A stretch of 64,000 nucleotides of DNA from Thermoanaerobaculia bacterium (GTDB lineage: Bacteria > Acidobacteriota > Thermoanaerobaculia > Thermoanaerobaculales > Sulfomarinibacteraceae), in contig JAMOWA010000008.1 of the NCBI GenBank assembly GCA_027061805.1, positions 86 through 64,085 on the forward strand, given 5' to 3'. A program made the position numbers and the translations under genes. The notes below the pieces were generated by a model. It was not told where the DNA came from. It did not search any database and worked only from the letters and a program-made list of their open reading frames with translations. Positions 52,313-62,449 of the stretch are shown in pieces (positions within the stretch are counted from its first letter, which is position 1; each line of letters starts with the position of its first letter).

Positions 52313-53080
52313 ATGGTGCGAAGGGCGCTGCTCATGGCCTCGGGTGCGAACCGCGGGGCATACTATGCGGGGTTCATGGGTCCGATCCGGGAGGCGGGCC
52401 TGGACTTCGGGATCCTGGCCGGGGTGTCGGCGGGGGGCATCGCCGCGGCCTGGTTCGCTGCGGGGAGCGAGGAGGCGTTGCTGGCCTCCTGGCGGGAGGC
52501 CGGAAGGTGGCGCATCGCGCTCCACCCCTGGCTCCAGGCCGGGCGTTTCCGCACGGTGGACCGGCTGATCCAGGAGATCACCCTGAAGATCATGGATCTC
52601 GAGGCCGTCCTCGGGTCCCCTGCCGAGGTGCGGCTGGTGGCGTCGAGGATCGCAGGGCCGGGTTTCCCACTGCCACGGCTCGAACGGCGTGTCTTCTCCA
52701 GCCGGGAGATCGGAGACACGACGGAGCTGGGCCTTGTGCTGCGGGCCACGGCCTTCGTGCCGTGGATCAACGGTTTCAGGGCCTCCGTCCGGATCGGCGG
52801 GGAACGCTACCTGGATGGCGGGCTCACGGGAAGGGTGCCGCTCGAGCTGATCCGTCCGGGAGAGGTGGACGAGATCTGGGTGGCCGCGTGCTCGCCCAAC
52901 GGCCGGAGGGAGCTCGACAGCGAGCTCGAGCGGTTCTCGGGCCGGCCGGAGCGCCTGGTGGTGATCACCCCCTCACGGCCTCTGCCGGTGGAACGCTGGA
53001 CCACGGAGGAGAGCAAGATCTTCGAGGCCATCGAACTGGGACGGAGGGACATGGAGGAGGCCATCGCCAGAGCTTCATGA
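52313..53080 (+). CDS. Patatin-like phospholipase
   Basis: Oxyanion region ASGANRGAYYAG, GxSxG motif GVSAGG, catalytic Asp in YLDGGL. ATG 52313 is 6 nt after GGGAGG. Confidence 0.8.
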   Translation: MVRRALLMASGANRGAYYAGFMGPIREAGLDFGILAGVSAGGIAAAWFAAGSEEALLASWREAGRWRIALHPWLQAGRFRTVDRLIQEITLKIMDLEAVLGSPAEVRLVASRIAGPGFPLPRLERRVFSSREIGDTTELGLVLRATAFVPWINGFRASVRIGGERYLDGGLTGRVPLELIRPGEVDEIWVAACSPNGRRELDSELERFSGRPERLVVITPSRPLPVERWTTEESKIFEAIELGRRDMEEAIARAS

Positions 53081-53087
53081 GCGGGAG

Positions 53088-54203
53088 TCAACTCCCGTGG
53101 GAGACCAGGAAATTTCTGTAGGCCTCCAGGGTGCCCTCCACCATGGCGTCGGCCGAGAAGTGCTTCAGGGCCCGGCGCCGGCCGGCTGCAGCGAGACGGG
53201 TGCGGAGCCCCCCGTCCTCCAGCATCCGGAAGAGGCGCCCGGCAAGCCCGGCGGGGTCCCGGGGTTCGGCCAGGAGCCCGGTCTCGCCGTCGAGGACGAT
53301 CTCGGGGATGCCGCCGGCCCGTGTGGCCACCACGGGGAGGCCCGCCATCTGGGCGTCCACGATGGCCGTGCCCAGCCCCTCCATGTGGGAGGGAAGGACG
53401 AAGAGATCCAGGCTGCCGAGAATGGAGGGGACATCCTCCCGGTGGCCCAGGAAGCGGAGGTGCTCCGGACCGAGGCCCAGGGTGCGTGCCCGCGCCTCCA
53501 GGTCGCCGCGAAGCTCCCCGTCCCCCACCAGGAGGAAGAGCGCTTCCGGGTGGCGCTCCACCACGGCCGGGATGGCCTCCAGGAGGTAGCGGTGGCCCTT
53601 GTGATCGGTGAGGGCGGCCACCGTTCCCACGAGGACGCGGTCTCCGGCCACACCCAGCTCCTCCCGAAACCTCTCCCGGCCACCGGACGGGATCTCCGGG
53701 GGCTCCACGCCGGAATGGACCACATGGATCCGCTGGCGGGGGAGCCCGGCATCCACGAGCACGCGAGCCACGGCCTCCGAGATGGCGATGACCCCACCGG
53801 CTGCGCGCCGGTACTTCCACCGGCTGAATGGATCGCGGCCGGGGGCGAAGTCCACCCGGCGCGTGGGCACCAGGAGCGTCCGCCAGCTGCCCGGGAGCAG
53901 ACCCGCCAGAGCCCCCAGCCCGTGGGAACGGGCCGAGTGGAGGCCCACCACGGCGGGGCGGCGCTCCCTCATGAGGCGGGCCAGTGCCAGGACGGTCGCC
54001 GGGTCCGCCTCGCCCCGTCCCGGTACCTCCACGATGGGGACGTCCGCCTCCACCAGCCGGCGGGCCAGCTCCCCATCCCTCCGGACCACGGCGGTGACGG
54101 GGTGTCCCCGCCGCGCCAGGCCGGTGCAGAGCAGGAAGACCTGGCGCTGCCCGCCGCGCCATCCGGGCTCCACGTCCACCTGGAGTGTGGGGAGGGGCTC
54201 CAT
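53088..54203 (-). CDS. Glycosyltransferase family 4 (GT-B fold)
   Basis: 371 aa. N-terminal GGQRQVFLLCTGLARRGH. C-terminal EGLGTAIVDAQMAGLPVVATRAGGIPE motif. Confidence 0.85.
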   Translation of the reverse strand: MEPLPTLQVDVEPGWRGGQRQVFLLCTGLARRGHPVTAVVRRDGELARRLVEADVPIVEVPGRGEADPATVLALARLMRERRPAVVGLHSARSHGLGALAGLLPGSWRTLLVPTRRVDFAPGRDPFSRWKYRRAAGGVIAISEAVARVLVDAGLPRQRIHVVHSGVEPPEIPSGGRERFREELGVAGDRVLVGTVAALTDHKGHRYLLEAIPAVVERHPEALFLLVGDGELRGDLEARARTLGLGPEHLRFLGHREDVPSILGSLDLFVLPSHMEGLGTAIVDAQMAGLPVVATRAGGIPEIVLDGETGLLAEPRDPAGLAGRLFRMLEDGGLRTRLAAAGRRRALKHFSADAMVEGTLEAYRNFLVSHGS

Positions 54204-54437
54204 GGCTGGAGTGTATCCGGCGATGGCGTGGCCGGTCCACCGTGATTCCGGGCCGGAGACCCCTTGGCCACCGCTCCCGGACCCGGTGCCACCCTGTCAG
54301 GTGGTCCCCGGCATTGCCGGTGGGCATCGGGGAGCCGCTTCCCCCAGCCAGACGGGCGGCCCTGGGGTCCACGGTTTCGTGAATGTGGGGCGGAGATACC
54401 GCCGGCCACGGGCTCCGGGCACCTCCCTGCCAGGGCG

Positions 54438-55244
54438 TCACTGTGTCCGCGAAGTTGCAGAACCCGGCCGGGACGGCGTCAGGGCCAGGTGCCTGACGAT
54501 GGGTCGCCGCAGGAACGGGAACAGCCAGAAGGTGAACACCAGGGCGTGCGTCAGGAAGTGGATCCTCCAGTGGAGCCTGTGGCGGTGCGCCGCCTTCCAC
54601 ACCAGGGCTGCGACCTGTTCCGGGACCAGGTTGATGCCGGTCTTCTGGACGCTGTAGGCCTGGCGCCCGGCCTCGGTGACGAGGGGCGTCCTGACGTACG
54701 GCGCCAGAATGTCGCTGACCGCGATCCCGTGGGGCTCGAGCTCGAGGTCGAGAGCCTCCGTGAAGCTGCAGATGGCGTGCTTCGTGGCCGAGTAGACCGC
54801 CAGCTCCGGGACACCGTAGACCGCCGAGGTGGAGGCCATGGAGATGATGCGTGAGCCCGGTGTGGCCTTCAACAGGGGCAGTGCGGTGTAGGTCACCGTG
54901 ACCACGCCCTTGAGGTTCACATCGACGATCCCGAGCTGGTCCCCGAGCGCGATCTCGTCGAAGGGGCCCATCCGTGCGATCCCGGCGTTGTTGAAGAGGA
55001 CGTCGAGGCGTCCTTCCGTGCGTCCGGCAAAACCGTCCAGGGCCCTCCGGACCGTCTCCGGCCGCGTGACATCCATGACGGCGGTGAAACACCGGTCCTC
55101 CCCGATCTCCCCGGCGAGCGTGGCCAGGCCACCCTCGTTGACATCCGTGGCACCGACGAACCAGCCCTTCTGCGCGAAGAGCCGTGCGGTCTCGAGGCCG
55201 ATCCCCGACGCCGCACCGGTGATGAAGATCGTGTTCCGGTTCAT
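54438..55244 (-). CDS. SDR-family oxidoreductase
   Basis: Start MNRNTIFITGAASGIG (ATG 55244). NNAG, and the YSATK catalytic motif. Confidence 0.85.
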   Translation of the reverse strand: MNRNTIFITGAASGIGLETARLFAQKGWFVGATDVNEGGLATLAGEIGEDRCFTAVMDVTRPETVRRALDGFAGRTEGRLDVLFNNAGIARMGPFDEIALGDQLGIVDVNLKGVVTVTYTALPLLKATPGSRIISMASTSAVYGVPELAVYSATKHAICSFTEALDLELEPHGIAVSDILAPYVRTPLVTEAGRQAYSVQKTGINLVPEQVAALVWKAAHRHRLHWRIHFLTHALVFTFWLFPFLRRPIVRHLALTPSRPGSATSRTQ

Positions 55245-55428
55245 GGTTTCTCCCGTGCGTTCGTGATGGTTCGCGTCATCCGGGGCCATCGTGGCGATCG
55301 ATGGAGTTTCGTGTGGTCGCGGGTCGGACCACCAGGGACGCAGATCATTGGGGGCGACCCCCTCGGTGGCGATGTTGCCGCCGCCCACTCCCGCGGAGGC
55401 AGGGCCGGGGAGCCCATCCGGTGTGGCC

Positions 55429-56265
55429 TCAGGACTCCAACCGGGCCCTGTCACGCCACGTGGCGAAGTCCTTGCGCGCCAGTGTCATCATGAGCGTCGG
55501 GCTGATGCGGGCGATCCACCACATGATCCTGGCCAGGCCCGTCACCGTGATGATCCGCTTCTTCCGGGCCACGCCGCGGAGCATCACGCGGGCGCACTCC
55601 TCCGGCGAGACGCCAAGACGGATCCACAGCCTGACGGCCTTGAGGACGCAATCGCGGTCCATGTTGACGAACCTGGCGCCCGTGACGATGTTGGTCCTGA
55701 TCCATCCGGGACAGACGACGCTGACATCGACCCCGAGATCCTTGCCCTCGACCCACAGACCCTCGGAGAGTCCCACGACGCCGAACTTCGTCGTGACGTA
55801 GGACACGGTGGCGGGGAAGGGTATGAGTCCCTCCACCGAGGCGACGTTGACGATGTGGCCGTGGCCCTGCCTCACCATCTGCTTGTAGGCCAGCAGCGAA
55901 CCGTGAACGACCCCGTCCAGGTTCACCGAGAGGACCTTCCGCCAGTCCTCGATCTCCGTGTCGCGGACCTCGCCGACGATGGCGAGACCGGCGTTGTTGA
56001 AGATGTAGTCCAGTCGTCCGTGGTGGGCGACGGTCCCGTCCACGACCTGTTTGAATGCGTCGTGGTCGCTGACGTCCAGCTTCATGGTGGTCACGGCCCT
56101 GCCCTGCTCCACGAGGGGCGCCATGGCCTCCTCGAGCAGGGTTTCGTTGATGTCGGTGGCGACGACACGGGCGCCGAATCCGGCCAGCTGTTCGGACACG
56201 GCCCTGCCGATGCCGGACGCCGCCCCCGTGATGAGGCAGACCTTGTCGCGGTACACGTTCTTCAT
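55429..56265 (-). CDS. SDR-family oxidoreductase
   Basis: CLITGAASGIG, NNAG, and YVTTK catalytic motif. 278 aa with a C-terminal extension. Confidence 0.85.
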   Translation of the reverse strand: MKNVYRDKVCLITGAASGIGRAVSEQLAGFGARVVATDINETLLEEAMAPLVEQGRAVTTMKLDVSDHDAFKQVVDGTVAHHGRLDYIFNNAGLAIVGEVRDTEIEDWRKVLSVNLDGVVHGSLLAYKQMVRQGHGHIVNVASVEGLIPFPATVSYVTTKFGVVGLSEGLWVEGKDLGVDVSVVCPGWIRTNIVTGARFVNMDRDCVLKAVRLWIRLGVSPEECARVMLRGVARKKRIITVTGLARIMWWIARISPTLMMTLARKDFATWRDRARLES

Positions 56266-56278
56266 GCGCGTCCTTCCC

Positions 56279-57544
56279 TCACCGTTCCAGGATGTGGATC
56301 ACCAGGGTGGCCTCCTCGTTGCCGATGTTGCCCCCGCCGTTCTCGGCCAGGGCCAGCCGGGCGCCCTCCACCTGGCGTGATCCGGCCTCGCCGCGGAGCT
56401 GCAGCACGAGCTCGTGGATCTGGGCCAGTCCCGAGGCGCCGATGGGGTGCCCACGGCACTCCAGGCCACCCGACGTGTTGATGGGGAGCCTCCCCCCGAT
56501 GGTGGAGTGGCCCTCCATGGCGAAGACGCCGCCCTCGCCGGGGGGGGCGAAGCCCAGGGCCTCCGCCTGGTGCAGCTCCCCGAAGGCCGTGGCGTCATGG
56601 ATCTCCGCCACGTGAAGATCGTCCGGTCCCAGGCCGGCGGCCTCATAGGCCGCCCTGGCCGTCCGGACGGCGATGTCGCCCTCGAAATCGTCGATCCCCC
56701 GGTTGGTCCCGGTCCGGAGCTCCGAGGCCCGGATCCTCACGGCCCTGGAGTTTCCGGAGCGGCGGACCACCTGGTCGGGCACGACGATGGCCGCGGCGGC
56801 CCCGTCCCCGATGGGCGCACACATGGATCGTGTCAGGGGCCAGGAGACGAGACGGTCTTCCAGGACCTCCTCCGGCGTCATGGGGATGCGGATCTGGGCC
56901 CTGGGGTTGTCGACGGCGTGGTTGTGGTTCTTGGCGGCGATGACGGCGAGCTGCTCGGGCGTGGAGCCGAGCTCGGCCATGTGCCACAGGGCGAAGGCCG
57001 CATAGACGTCCATGAACACCGTGCGCTGGCCGCCGTCGTCGGCCGGCATGCGGGAGGCCAGCTCGGGGCGTTGCTCCCGGAGCCGGGCAACGGCTCCCTG
57101 GCGCAGACCGATCAGGCGGCCCAGGTGCTCCTCGGCGTGGGCCACGTCCAGGGCCGTGAGGAAGGCGCCGAACATCTTGCCCGTGTCCGCGTTGAAGATC
57201 TTCTCGGCACCCAGGGCGAGGACGATGCCGTACTGGCCCGCCGCCACGGCGGTCCGGGCCAGGTGCAGCGCCGTGGAGGCGCCGGAGCAGGCATTCTCCA
57301 CGTTGACCATGGGCCTGCCGGCAAGCGGTGTTCCCTGGAGGGCCACCTGAGCACGGATGCAGTGCTGGTCGTCGAAGTAGCCCCAGGTGGAGTTGGAGAA
57401 GAAGACGGCGTCGATGGCGTCCAGGGAGAACCCGGCGTCCCCGGCGGCCTCCGTGGCCGCCTCCATCGCCAGGTCGGCGAGACTCCGTTCGGGGTGCCGG
57501 GCGAAGACCGTCTGCCCGACGCCGGCGATCCACGCGTCGTGCAT
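56279..57544 (-). CDS. Thiolase-family protein (SCP-x/lipid-transfer-type 3-ketoacyl-CoA thiolase-like)
   Basis: Start MHDAWIAGVG (ATG 57544). Active-site Cys in VENACSGAS. C-terminal NTSGGLECRGHPIGASG. Confidence 0.8.
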   Translation of the reverse strand: MHDAWIAGVGQTVFARHPERSLADLAMEAATEAAGDAGFSLDAIDAVFFSNSTWGYFDDQHCIRAQVALQGTPLAGRPMVNVENACSGASTALHLARTAVAAGQYGIVLALGAEKIFNADTGKMFGAFLTALDVAHAEEHLGRLIGLRQGAVARLREQRPELASRMPADDGGQRTVFMDVYAAFALWHMAELGSTPEQLAVIAAKNHNHAVDNPRAQIRIPMTPEEVLEDRLVSWPLTRSMCAPIGDGAAAAIVVPDQVVRRSGNSRAVRIRASELRTGTNRGIDDFEGDIAVRTARAAYEAAGLGPDDLHVAEIHDATAFGELHQAEALGFAPPGEGGVFAMEGHSTIGGRLPINTSGGLECRGHPIGASGLAQIHELVLQLRGEAGSRQVEGARLALAENGGGNIGNEEATLVIHILER

Positions 57545-58407
57545 CACGAGTCTCCGTCGCCCGCGGCACGCTCCTGGAGCCACTGCTCGTACTCCAGGGT
57601 GACCTCGCCGGCCTTCTCCAGGATCTGGGGAAGGATCTCCACGGCTTCCGGCATGGGGCCGGTTCCGGCCTTGAAGGGTTCCCAGAACCAGTCGTCGGTG
57701 TTCTTGATCATGGGGATACCGTCGCCGGAGAACGCACCGAAGTGGTAGGCGAAGGTGGCGATCAGCATCTCGTAGATCTTGTCCATGCTGAACGAGCCCT
57801 TCATCTCCGGGCGGTTGTACCACTCCTGGAAGATGCCCCGGTTCAGGGGGCCGACGGAGTTGGCGATGATGGCATCCATGCCCGGCATCATCCCGAGAAT
57901 CAGGGCTGCCGCACCGTAGGAGCCCTGCTGGCGGGAGTCGACGTTCTTGGCGTAGATGGCCGCCGAGGCCTGTGCCAGGGCGATGCCGAAGTCCATCATC
58001 AGCCAGTTGCAGGCCGGACCGTAGCCGAACATCCCGGCCGACTTGTTCTCGTTGGCGAAGCGGTTGAACTCGCCGCAGGTGGGGAAGCCGCAGGCCCCGC
58101 AGTCCCAGGCCAGGGGCGAGGGCGAGGTCTTGGCGCCGATCAACAGGATGGCGTAGGGCTGGTTCTGTTCGAGGAACCGCTTGCCCATGAGGTAGTCGCC
58201 GTAGATGAACTGGGAGTAGGCTCCCTCGGGACCGGCGAAGATCTCCAGGAGGCGGACCATGAAACCGATCTCCTCGCCATGGACGATCCGGGTCTCCAGC
58301 TCGAGGCTGGGGGTCAGCCGGGGTGCGCCGAGGGCCGCCGCGGCACCATCCTTGGCAGCCTGCAGGATCAGTTCGAACGTGTAGTCCTTCTCAGTGAGAA
58401 TCGGCAT
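57544..58407 (-). CDS. DUF2148-like ferredoxin-domain protein (paralog B)
   Basis: 287 aa. LAWDCGACGFPTCGEF motif and GPACNWLMMDFGIALAQA segment, matching the DUF2148/COG4739 pattern as I recall it. TGATG overlap with the thiolase gene. Confidence 0.55.
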   Translation of the reverse strand: MPILTEKDYTFELILQAAKDGAAAALGAPRLTPSLELETRIVHGEEIGFMVRLLEIFAGPEGAYSQFIYGDYLMGKRFLEQNQPYAILLIGAKTSPSPLAWDCGACGFPTCGEFNRFANENKSAGMFGYGPACNWLMMDFGIALAQASAAIYAKNVDSRQQGSYGAAALILGMMPGMDAIIANSVGPLNRGIFQEWYNRPEMKGSFSMDKIYEMLIATFAYHFGAFSGDGIPMIKNTDDWFWEPFKAGTGPMPEAVEILPQILEKAGEVTLEYEQWLQERAAGDGDS

Positions 58408-58410
58408 GGC

Positions 58411-59190
58411 TCACTCCTTCTCCGGGTCGTCGCCGGACCCCTTGGTCCACCTGGGATACCAGGTCTTGTAGTCGTACCAGTAGACCCCGCGAAGCGTGAC
58501 GAACATCTTGCGGAGGTCGTCCTCCATGGTGGCCAGGTTGTGGAGGTGGTAGTCCGGCAGGACATCGACGTAGGGGTTCTTCTGACGGGACGACATCAGG
58601 ATGGCGACCTTGATCCAGGAACGGGGCAGGATGCCCATCCGCTGGGCGGCCACGGAGACCGTGTAGAAGGGCATGGCGTCCACCAGGAGCCGCTGGGTGA
58701 TGACCATGGCCGACCCGACGGCGATCCCGAGGTCGAGGTTTCTCGGCACGCACATGGGCCCGTGGAAGGGGACCTTCGCCCGCTCCTCCGGGGAGACGGC
58801 GGTCAGGTCGATCACGCCGTGCTCGGTCTTCCTGGCGTTGTAGACGAAGGAGCAGTCCATCCGGCCGGCGCAGAAGCCGCACCCCGCGTCCAGGGGTGTC
58901 CCGGCCGACCGGTAGTGGCCGATGACCAGGCAGACGTCGGACTCGCGGGCCATGACGGTCTCGTAGAGGAAACGGCGCTTGACGTGGCCGGAGAACTTGT
59001 GGGACTCGCGCTCCATGACGTCGGCCAGCGCCAGGAGATCGTCCCCCGTCAGGATCTCGCACTCGACGCCGTCCACACCGCCGGCCTTGGGCGCCGTCAG
59101 GGCGGCGTTGGCCGCGAGCCGGGCCACCTCGAGGGTGTGATTCTTCTGCGCCCGGTTGTAGGGCTCGAACTCGTAGATCTTTTCTCTCAT
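58411..59190 (-). CDS. DUF2148-like ferredoxin-domain protein (paralog A)
   Basis: 259 aa. AALTAPKAGGVD, DAGCGFCAGRMDC, GPMCVPRNLDLGIAVGSA and SRQKNPYVD segments, typical of DUF2148. Confidence 0.6.
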   Translation of the reverse strand: MREKIYEFEPYNRAQKNHTLEVARLAANAALTAPKAGGVDGVECEILTGDDLLALADVMERESHKFSGHVKRRFLYETVMARESDVCLVIGHYRSAGTPLDAGCGFCAGRMDCSFVYNARKTEHGVIDLTAVSPEERAKVPFHGPMCVPRNLDLGIAVGSAMVITQRLLVDAMPFYTVSVAAQRMGILPRSWIKVAILMSSRQKNPYVDVLPDYHLHNLATMEDDLRKMFVTLRGVYWYDYKTWYPRWTKGSGDDPEKE

Positions 59191-60749
59191 GGTGTGTTCC
59201 TCGCGATGTCTGCGACGTTGATCTTGACGGCGCCCTCGGTCAGGTCACCCCCGGCCTTGAGCACCGCCTTCTTCACCCGTCCCGTCGGTGTGGTCGGCAG
59301 CTCCTCCACGAAGCGGTACCACTCGGGCACCTTGAAGGCCGCCAGCCGTTCCAGGCAGTAGGCGGCGAGCTCCTCGGGATCCACGGGTGCCAGGGGGACG
59401 ATGAAGGCCAGGACCTCCTCCTCGCCGAGCTCGGACGGAACGCCCAGGACGGCCGCCAGGGCCACCTTGGGGTGACTGAGGAGGACGTGCTCCACCTGCT
59501 GGGAGGCGATGTTCTCGCCCCGGCGCCGGATGACGTCCTTCTTGCGGTCGAGGAAGGTGAAGAAGCCCTCCTCGTCCATGACGCCCTCGTCCCCGGTGTG
59601 GAGCCAGCCGCCGCGCCACAGCCTGGCCGTGGCCTCGGGATCGCCGATGTACTCGATCCGCTGCATCAGCCCGTCGGAGAGTTCCGTGGGCCGCACGCAG
59701 ATCTCGCCCGGTTGCCCCGGCGGGAGCTCCTGGAGGTCATCGTCCAGGATCGCCACCTCGTTGTAGGGCAGGGCCAGCCCGATGCTGCCCACCTTCCGCC
59801 GGGCTGGATCGAGCGGGTTTGCCGTGTTGATGCCGGTCTCGGTCAGACCGTAGGCCTCCACCACCGTCAGGCCGAAACGTCGCTCGAAGGCCTCGTGGAT
59901 CGGGGCCGGGGTCGCCGCGGAGAAGGCCACGCGGATGGGGTTGTCGGCGTCGTCTTCCGAGGGCGGCTGGTTGTGGAGCATGGTGACCAGGGGGCCGAGG
60001 AAGTTGACCTCCGTGGCGCCCCCCTGCCGTACGGTCTCCCAGAACTGGGAGGTGGAGAATCGTGGCACGAGCAGCATGGAGCCGCCGCACATGATGGTCA
60101 TGGCCGTGCTCAGCTGGGCGTTGCCGTGGAAGAGGGGCAGGACCACCATGAGACGGTCCGTGGCATCCAGGCCCAGGTGCTTGGCCAGGACCTCCGCGAT
60201 CATGGACATCAGGCCAAAGCGCCAGACCACGCCCTTGGGCCGGCTGGTGGTGCCCGAGGTGTAGATGATCTCCATGATCTCCCCGTCCCGGAGCCGATCG
60301 CTGAGGCTCCCCGGCTCCGACGAGGCCACCTCGGCCCACGGTGTCGTGCCGACGGGCGCCTCGCCCCCCACCGCCACCACCCTCAGGTTCCCGCGTCCCT
60401 GGAGGACGCCGGCCGCTGCCGGGAGGAGGGCGGATTCGATGAAGAGAACCTCGGTCTTCGAGTGGTGGAGCTGGTAGTCGAGGTCGTCACCCCTCAGGGC
60501 GGCGTTGTAGGGCACCAGGGTCATGCCGGCCGCGTTGGCGCCGAACCAGGCGGCCAGGAACTCGGGCCGGTTCATCAGCATGGCGCCGATCCTCGCGCCC
60601 TCTTCGAGCCCGAGGCCACGGAGGAAGCCCGCGACCCTGAGGGCGGCCGTGGCCAGTGCACCGCGGCTCAGCTCGTTTCCTTCGAAGAGGAGGAAGACCT
60701 CCTCCGGCCGGTCGTCCGCCATCTCGAAGAATCGTCGTGGCAGCGGCAC
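59187..60749 (-). CDS. AMP-dependent acyl-CoA synthetase/ligase
   Basis: 520 aa. AMP-binding motif IIYTSGTTSRPKGV. TGDEG..DRKKD and PTTPTGRVKK. Confidence 0.9.
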   Translation of the reverse strand: MPLPRRFFEMADDRPEEVFLLFEGNELSRGALATAALRVAGFLRGLGLEEGARIGAMLMNRPEFLAAWFGANAAGMTLVPYNAALRGDDLDYQLHHSKTEVLFIESALLPAAAGVLQGRGNLRVVAVGGEAPVGTTPWAEVASSEPGSLSDRLRDGEIMEIIYTSGTTSRPKGVVWRFGLMSMIAEVLAKHLGLDATDRLMVVLPLFHGNAQLSTAMTIMCGGSMLLVPRFSTSQFWETVRQGGATEVNFLGPLVTMLHNQPPSEDDADNPIRVAFSAATPAPIHEAFERRFGLTVVEAYGLTETGINTANPLDPARRKVGSIGLALPYNEVAILDDDLQELPPGQPGEICVRPTELSDGLMQRIEYIGDPEATARLWRGGWLHTGDEGVMDEEGFFTFLDRKKDVIRRRGENIASQQVEHVLLSHPKVALAAVLGVPSELGEEEVLAFIVPLAPVDPEELAAYCLERLAAFKVPEWYRFVEELPTTPTGRVKKAVLKAGGDLTEGAVKINVADIARNTP

Positions 60750-60752
60750 GGC

Positions 60753-61994
60753 CTACTCTCCTTCCATGGATCGCAGCAGGTGCCCGGCGGTGAGTGCGAG
60801 GGACTCGTTGACACCGTCCTCCACCTGGGCCATGCGGGCATCGCGAAAGATCATCTCGATGTCCGATTCCTTGCTGAGGCCCATCCCGCCGAGGATCTGG
60901 ATTGCCATGTGGGAGACCTTGACCGCCGCATCGGTGCAGAACACCTTGGCGGCGATGGCGTGCTGGAGGCTCGGCGTGATGGTCTGGTAGTTGTACAGCA
61001 TCACCCTGCGGGAGAGCGCCCGGGCGGCCTCGACCAGCTTGAACATCTCGAAGAGGTTGACCTGGATCGTCGGGTGCTCGATGAGAAGACGTCCACCCTG
61101 AACCCGCTCCTTCGCGTACCGCATGGCCTCGTCGAAGGCCGCCTGGGCGACGCCGGTGAAGAGGGCGCTCATGGCCGTGTTGGCGATGGACAGCGTGGCG
61201 TCGATGGCGAAGGGGTACAGCTCGGTGTCCGAGATCAGGTTGTTGTCCGGCACGAAGACGTCGTCGAAGTAGATCTCGCCCTGGGGCAGTGCACGCTGGC
61301 CCATCTTCTCCCAGGCCTTCCCGCGGCTGATGCCCTTGGAGGACAGGTCCACCAGGGCGATACCGTTGCCCCGCAGGCCCTGGGCGGGATCGAGGTTGAG
61401 GAAGAGGTAGGCGTGGTGGGCCACGGGGGCGTTGGAGACCCATGCGGCCTTCTGGCCGTTGAGGAGCCACCCGCCATCGACCTTCCTGGCCCTGAGGTTT
61501 GGCACGATCTTCTCCGCCCCCGCCATGTCCGGCTGCATGAGCCAGTCGGAGCCGTGGTCCGGCTCGGTGATGGCCCAGCAGCCGATGAGGGAGGCGTCAC
61601 GGTTTTCCACGAAGGGCGTGGTGAACTCGCCGATCAGCTCGTCGTTGTCGGTGGCCAGCAGGCAGGCGCCGAAGGCCGGGAACTGGGAGACGGCGATGGA
61701 GATGGCGAAGCCCGCCGAGCCCCAGGCGAGCTCCTCCAGCACGATGTGGGTGGCCAGCGGGTCGAGGCCCATGCCGCCGAAGCCCTCCGGAACGAGGATC
61801 GTGTGGAGGTTGAGCTCGTAGGCCTGCTGCATGGCCTCCCTGTACGCCGGATGCGTGCCAACCTCGTCGGCCGGAAGAGCGTCCAGTATCTTCGCATTGG
61901 GCCGCAGGACGTCCCGGGCAAAGGAATGCACCATGGACCTGATCTGTTCGTGCTCGTCACTGATGTCCGGAGTGAGTTCGAAGTACATGGTCAC
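60753..61994 (-). CDS. Acyl-CoA dehydrogenase family protein
   Basis: 413 aa with the three-domain ACAD pattern (ITEPDHGSD, GQKAWVSNA, IQILGGMG). Confidence 0.85.
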   Translation of the reverse strand: MTMYFELTPDISDEHEQIRSMVHSFARDVLRPNAKILDALPADEVGTHPAYREAMQQAYELNLHTILVPEGFGGMGLDPLATHIVLEELAWGSAGFAISIAVSQFPAFGACLLATDNDELIGEFTTPFVENRDASLIGCWAITEPDHGSDWLMQPDMAGAEKIVPNLRARKVDGGWLLNGQKAAWVSNAPVAHHAYLFLNLDPAQGLRGNGIALVDLSSKGISRGKAWEKMGQRALPQGEIYFDDVFVPDNNLISDTELYPFAIDATLSIANTAMSALFTGVAQAAFDEAMRYAKERVQGGRLLIEHPTIQVNLFEMFKLVEAARALSRRVMLYNYQTITPSLQHAIAAKVFCTDAAVKVSHMAIQILGGMGLSKESDIEMIFRDARMAQVEDGVNESLALTAGHLLRSMEGE

Positions 61995-61998
61995 CCCC

Positions 61999-62406
61999 CT
62001 AGACCTCGAGATTCACGCCGTTGGCCCTGGCGATCTCGGGGTAGTACTTCTTGGCGGGCTTGATGACGGGAAGCAGGCTGAAGATCTTGGAGACCGGTCC
62101 CTTGGCCTTGATGTCACCCTTGGCGGTGGCCATGGGGACGTTGAGCCTGTCCATCCAGAACTTGTGGGCGATGTCGGCCTTCATCTCCATGCGGACCTCC
62201 GGCCTGTCCGGCGTGCCGTCCCAGGCCCCCTCGTGGACCGTGGCGTCCGGCATCAGCCACAGCTCACCCTCGGGCTCGTGGACGATGAAATGGACGTAGA
62301 TCCCCAGGGACTTGAACTTCCTGGCGATGTCCTCCTGCTCGAAGGCCTTCCTCCAGGTGTTTCCCAGGACGGCGTACAACTGTTCGGTGCTCTCATACTT
62401 AGGCAT
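61999..62406 (-). CDS. SCP2 sterol-carrier domain protein
   Basis: Start MPKYESTEQLY (ATG 62406, RBS GGAAAGGGGGA). 135 aa. C-terminal ..ATAKGDIKAKGPVSKIFSL, typical of the SCP2 fold. Confidence 0.7.
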   Translation of the reverse strand: MPKYESTEQLYAVLGNTWRKAFEQEDIARKFKSLGIYVHFIVHEPEGELWLMPDATVHEGAWDGTPDRPEVRMEMKADIAHKFWMDRLNVPMATAKGDIKAKGPVSKIFSLLPVIKPAKKYYPEIARANGVNLEV

Positions 62407-62449
62407 CAGGCGATCCCCCTTTCCTTTCGAAGTCTGTCGGGAGGTCGAG

